A DNA stretch of 64,000 nucleotides, taken from contig MCFH01000034.1 in NCBI GenBank assembly GCA_002104945.1, positions 372,001 to 436,000 of the forward strand. Direction: 5' to 3'. Made by a program: the position numbers and the translations under genes. The stretch is from Piromyces finnis finn. Its lineage: Eukaryota; Fungi; Neocallimastigomycota. Below the pieces are notes generated by a model. That model made no database searches. It saw only the letters and a list, made by a program, of their open reading frames with translations, and had not been told where the DNA came from. Shown one piece after another: positions 60,725 to 64,000 of the stretch; position 1 is the first letter of the stretch, and each line of letters begins with the position of its first letter.

Positions 60725-61585
60725 TTTAAATATTTTTATTAATAACAATTACATATATATATAATATATAAAATATTTATATTAAAAATATTATCTATGT
60801 ATAATAAAATAAAATAAAAAAAAAAAAAAAAAGAAGAAAATATTCTTTTCAAGCAAGATATTGAAAATAAACTCAATGAAAGTTATAGGAAATCAACAGA
60901 AAATTTGAAAAGTAGTCATGAAAGTTTAAGTCATTCAAGAAATTCATTATCTATTTGTACTGAAAAAAAGCCAGAAATTGATAAAGATTTAAAAAATGAA
61001 AAAGAAGAAAATAAAAAATGCAATGATAAAGATGAAAACTCAAAAGAAACCCATGAATCATCAAAAATTTTTTATCATGATGATTGTTGTGTTTGTCTTG
61101 GTTCATGTGACTATCCTCAAATGGAAACTTTTTGTGCGTCTGAAAGTCATGTTGCTCATACTCAATGTATGTTAAAATGGCTACAGGCTTCCAAAAAACG
61201 TCAATGTCCACTGTGTCGGTAAATATTAACAAAAAAAAATAAAGAATAATACAATCGATACTATCTATGCTAGTTTATTATTAGTTTTAAAATGATGTTA
61301 TTCTAACTTATAGTATTGTTATATATATATATATATTTAAAAAAAAAAACTTTTTTTAATAGACAACCTTTACAAGTATATATCATGAGTGAATCAATGC
61401 ATGATTATATTTATGGATACCCCCCTCTCTATCAAATATTACAAAGAAATATTGATTGGAAATGCTTTTTAAAAAGAACTGGTATTACATTATCAGTGGC
61501 ATCAAGTCTATTAGTTATATTAGAATTACGAATGCTAACCAACCGTTGTAAATACACCAATCTACACTATTCTTCATCAAATTAA
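59905..61585 (+). CDS. Membrane-associated RING-H2-type E3 ubiquitin ligase-like protein
   Basis: Five phase-consistent exons (to 60246; 60452-60476; 60531-60682; 60859-61218; 61343-61585). RING: CCVC-x11-CASESHVAHTQC...W...CPLC. There are hydrophobic segments before and after the RING. The start may be at 59905 or 59953. Confidence 0.7.
60427..60446. repeat. (CA)10 dinucleotide repeat just upstream of a 25-nt exon acceptor
   Basis: cacacacacacacacacaca is visible 5 nt before the AG at 60450-60451. Confidence 0.9.
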
Positions 61586-62032
61586 AAAAAAAAAAATTTT
61601 TTTTTTTCTTTTTGAAAATTCTATTCTATTTTTTATTGTATTTTTTTTTTTTTTCTATTCTAACACCATTTTAACTTTTTTTTTTTTTTGAATCTTCACA
61701 CTATTGTTTTCCACAATTTTGCCTATTTATTATTTCATAAATAAATATTAACTAATTAAAAAAAAAAAAAAAATCAATTTTTATATAATAATAAAAAAAC
61801 AACAAAATGAATTTCAATAAATTTTAAAGTGTCTTTAAAAAATAAAAAAAAGACTAAATACTAATAGAAATATTAAAAAAAAAATAATAATAAAAATTAA
61901 ACATAAAATAATAATAAATAAATAAAAAGCAGTAATAAAATAAAATAGAACAATTTTTTTTTTTTTTTTTAATTTTTATTTTTTTTTATTTATAATAATG
62001 TAATAATGATTTATAAAGTATTTTAAAATACC

Positions 62033-62066
<34 letters not shown>

Positions 62067-63276
62067 CAGTATCATTATATATATAATATATAAATATATA
62101 TTTTTGAAAAGTATTATAATATGAAGGATTTCGATAAAAGCATATATATATATATTTTAGATATCATCAAAAAGTTATATTTCTTTTGGGGTAGAAGAAA
62201 AATGGAACTAAAAGAAAAGTAAATTTTAATTTTCTTTTAGGTCTAGTTAATATTTAAAAGTATTAAAATATCGAAAAAAAAAAAAGGACATTGTTCCTTC
62301 CATAAAAAGTAATTACTATTTGAAATTAATAATAGTAAAAAATGAAAAAAAAAAATTTTTTTTTTTTTAGAATGAAAAAGGTCATAGTTGGAAAAAAAAA
62401 AAAAAAAGATAAAATAATGAAAATAGGAAAAAAAAATATATTTTTATCATTGGACTTTTTTTTTTTTTTTGAAATGGGATTGTATCATGTATCATACCAT
62501 CATTAAAGTTTTAAAATAAAAATAAAAAAGAAACAGAAAAGATATTAAAAGTTTATATATAAAAATGGAATTTTTTTTTTTTTTCCCTTCTCTTTGATGT
62601 GAATGATAAATAACTTTTTTTTTTTTTTTCATTCATTAAATAACCCAATTGAGGAAGGGAATGGGATGGGAAAGGAAGAGGATAATGCATTTATTATTAT
62701 AATATTTTTTTTTTTTTTTTTGTTTTTATTATTTTATGGTTTTTTTTTTTTTTTTTTTTTTTTCTATTTTTTCTTTTTAAAAAAAAAGAGAAAGAATAAA
62801 AAAAATTCTATTGCTATTATTTTTATATAAACATTTTTTTTAAATAAACAATTTATAAATAAAATTATTTAACCCTAGTTTCTTTTCTTTTCTTTCCTTA
62901 AATGTATAATAAAAAAAAAAAAAATTAATGCGTTTATATTTTATAATAGGAAATTATTTATTGATATCAAAAATATTTTCGCAGGTTTTTTTTTTTTTTT
63001 TTTTTTTTTTCCAATTTTCTTTCTTTTCCTAATTAGTGAAAAGTATATATACGTTTTCTTTCTTTTTTTTGGGTAAAATTTTTTTTTATATTTTTTTTAA
63101 TTAAAACTTTCATTCATTATATTAATTTCTTTTCTTTCTTTTTTTTTTTTATTACTAGAGGTAAAAAAAAATTATCTAGTTGGTAGTATGTAAATTTTAA
63201 AAATAAAATTAAAAAAAAAATAGGTAAAAACTTTTTTAATGTTATTTTTTTTCAATTTCTGGTGTGTTCATTGCAT

Positions 63277-64000
63277 TTATTGAGATAAGATGTTCTTTAA
63301 GTCATCAAGGGATGGCTTAACTGGGTTACAGGCGGTACCTTGGTCAGCTAAAGCCTTAGCAGCAATATCGTTAATAGCAGCGTTGAATTCTGGTTCAATG
63401 TCCTTGAATTGAGTTGGAACGTTACCGAGGGCAACAATCTTGTTAACTTGAGCAATTAAATAATCAACCTTAGCATCAACGGATTTGTCGTAGATATCTT
63501 CACCGACAGCAATAGCAATCTTATCAGCTAAAGTAGCATAGGCGTTCTTGGCGGTTTCATCCTTAGCATTGAACTTAATAACCTTTGGAAGAACAATAGC
63601 GTTAGCAACACCTGGGTGAATGTTACTGAAGCGAGAGGAAACAAAGTGAGATAAGGAGTGACTGATACCGAGGAAGGAGTTACCACTAGCCATACCAGCT
63701 AAAGTAGCAGCGTTGTGCATAACAGCACGACCTTCAATATCGTATTCCTTGTCAACAATACTGTTCTTGAAGTTGGAAATGATAGCAACAGCGGCCTTTT
63801 GAGCGTATGGAGCAGTGTAATCGTTACTGTGAACAGAAACAATACTTTCAATAGCCATGGCAAGAGCATTTAAGGAAGAGTTGACAGCAACTTCCTTTGG
63901 CATACCCATGGACATTTCTGGATCAGTAATGGCCATGTTTGGAGTTAAAGTGTAAGTAGAAATTAATTCAATACTACCATTGTCTAAAGTTAAACGAGCA
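63277..64000 (-). CDS. AdhE-like iron-containing alcohol dehydrogenase domain, C-terminal part, with degenerate metal site; the gene continues beyond the window
   Basis: The ORF is open to the window end. YTLTPNMAITDPEMSMGMPKEV matches E. coli AdhE YALTPDMAIVDANLVMDMPKSL. Further matches: MHNAATLAGMA, FLGISHSLSH, GVANAIVLPKVIKFNA, DQGTACNP. No intron in the visible 724 bp. Confidence 0.88.
   Translation of the reverse strand, partial: ARLTLDNGSIELISTYTLTPNMAITDPEMSMGMPKEVAVNSSLNALAMAIESIVSVHSNDYTAPYAQKAAVAIISNFKNSIVDKEYDIEGRAVMHNAATLAGMASGNSFLGISHSLSHFVSSRFSNIHPGVANAIVLPKVIKFNAKDETAKNAYATLADKIAIAVGEDIYDKSVDAKVDYLIAQVNKIVALGNVPTQFKDIEPEFNAAINDIAAKALADQGTACNPVKPSLDDLKNILSQ

Overview
Extremely AT-rich, intron-rich eukaryotic DNA. 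GC is well under 25% by eye, with long poly-A/T tracts and GT-AG introns. The gene content, fungal-type sequences, an AdhE-like gene and the codon usage best fit an anaerobic gut fungus (Neocallimastigomycota); this is an inference, not a database result. I spliced most genes by hand and checked intron phases. About 15 protein-coding loci are present: the 3' end of an MFS transporter, RMND1/DUF155, an FAH-family hydrolase, an OSTF1-like SH3-ankyrin protein, GINS Psf3, an intronless low-complexity orphan, an orphan ER protein ending in NDEL, adenylosuccinate synthetase, a large protein with a degenerate RhoGAP-like C-terminus, GID4/VID24, USP7/UBP15, a multi-exon orphan, phytochelatin synthase, a VIP36-like L-type lectin, YIF1, a membrane RING-H2 ligase and the 3' part of an AdhE-like Fe-ADH. 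There are also microsatellites, several 10-25 nt micro-exons and a decayed Ty3/gypsy RNase H fragment. I found no rRNA, tRNA or CRISPR array. The main leads are: (1) an AdhE-like ADH domain with high-expression codon bias that has lost two metal ligands; (2) a Cys-poor phytochelatin synthase with an intact catalytic triad; (3) two adjacent presequence-bearing proteins, RMND1 and FAH, in what is probably a hydrogenosome-bearing organism; (4) an orphan ER-retained protein.
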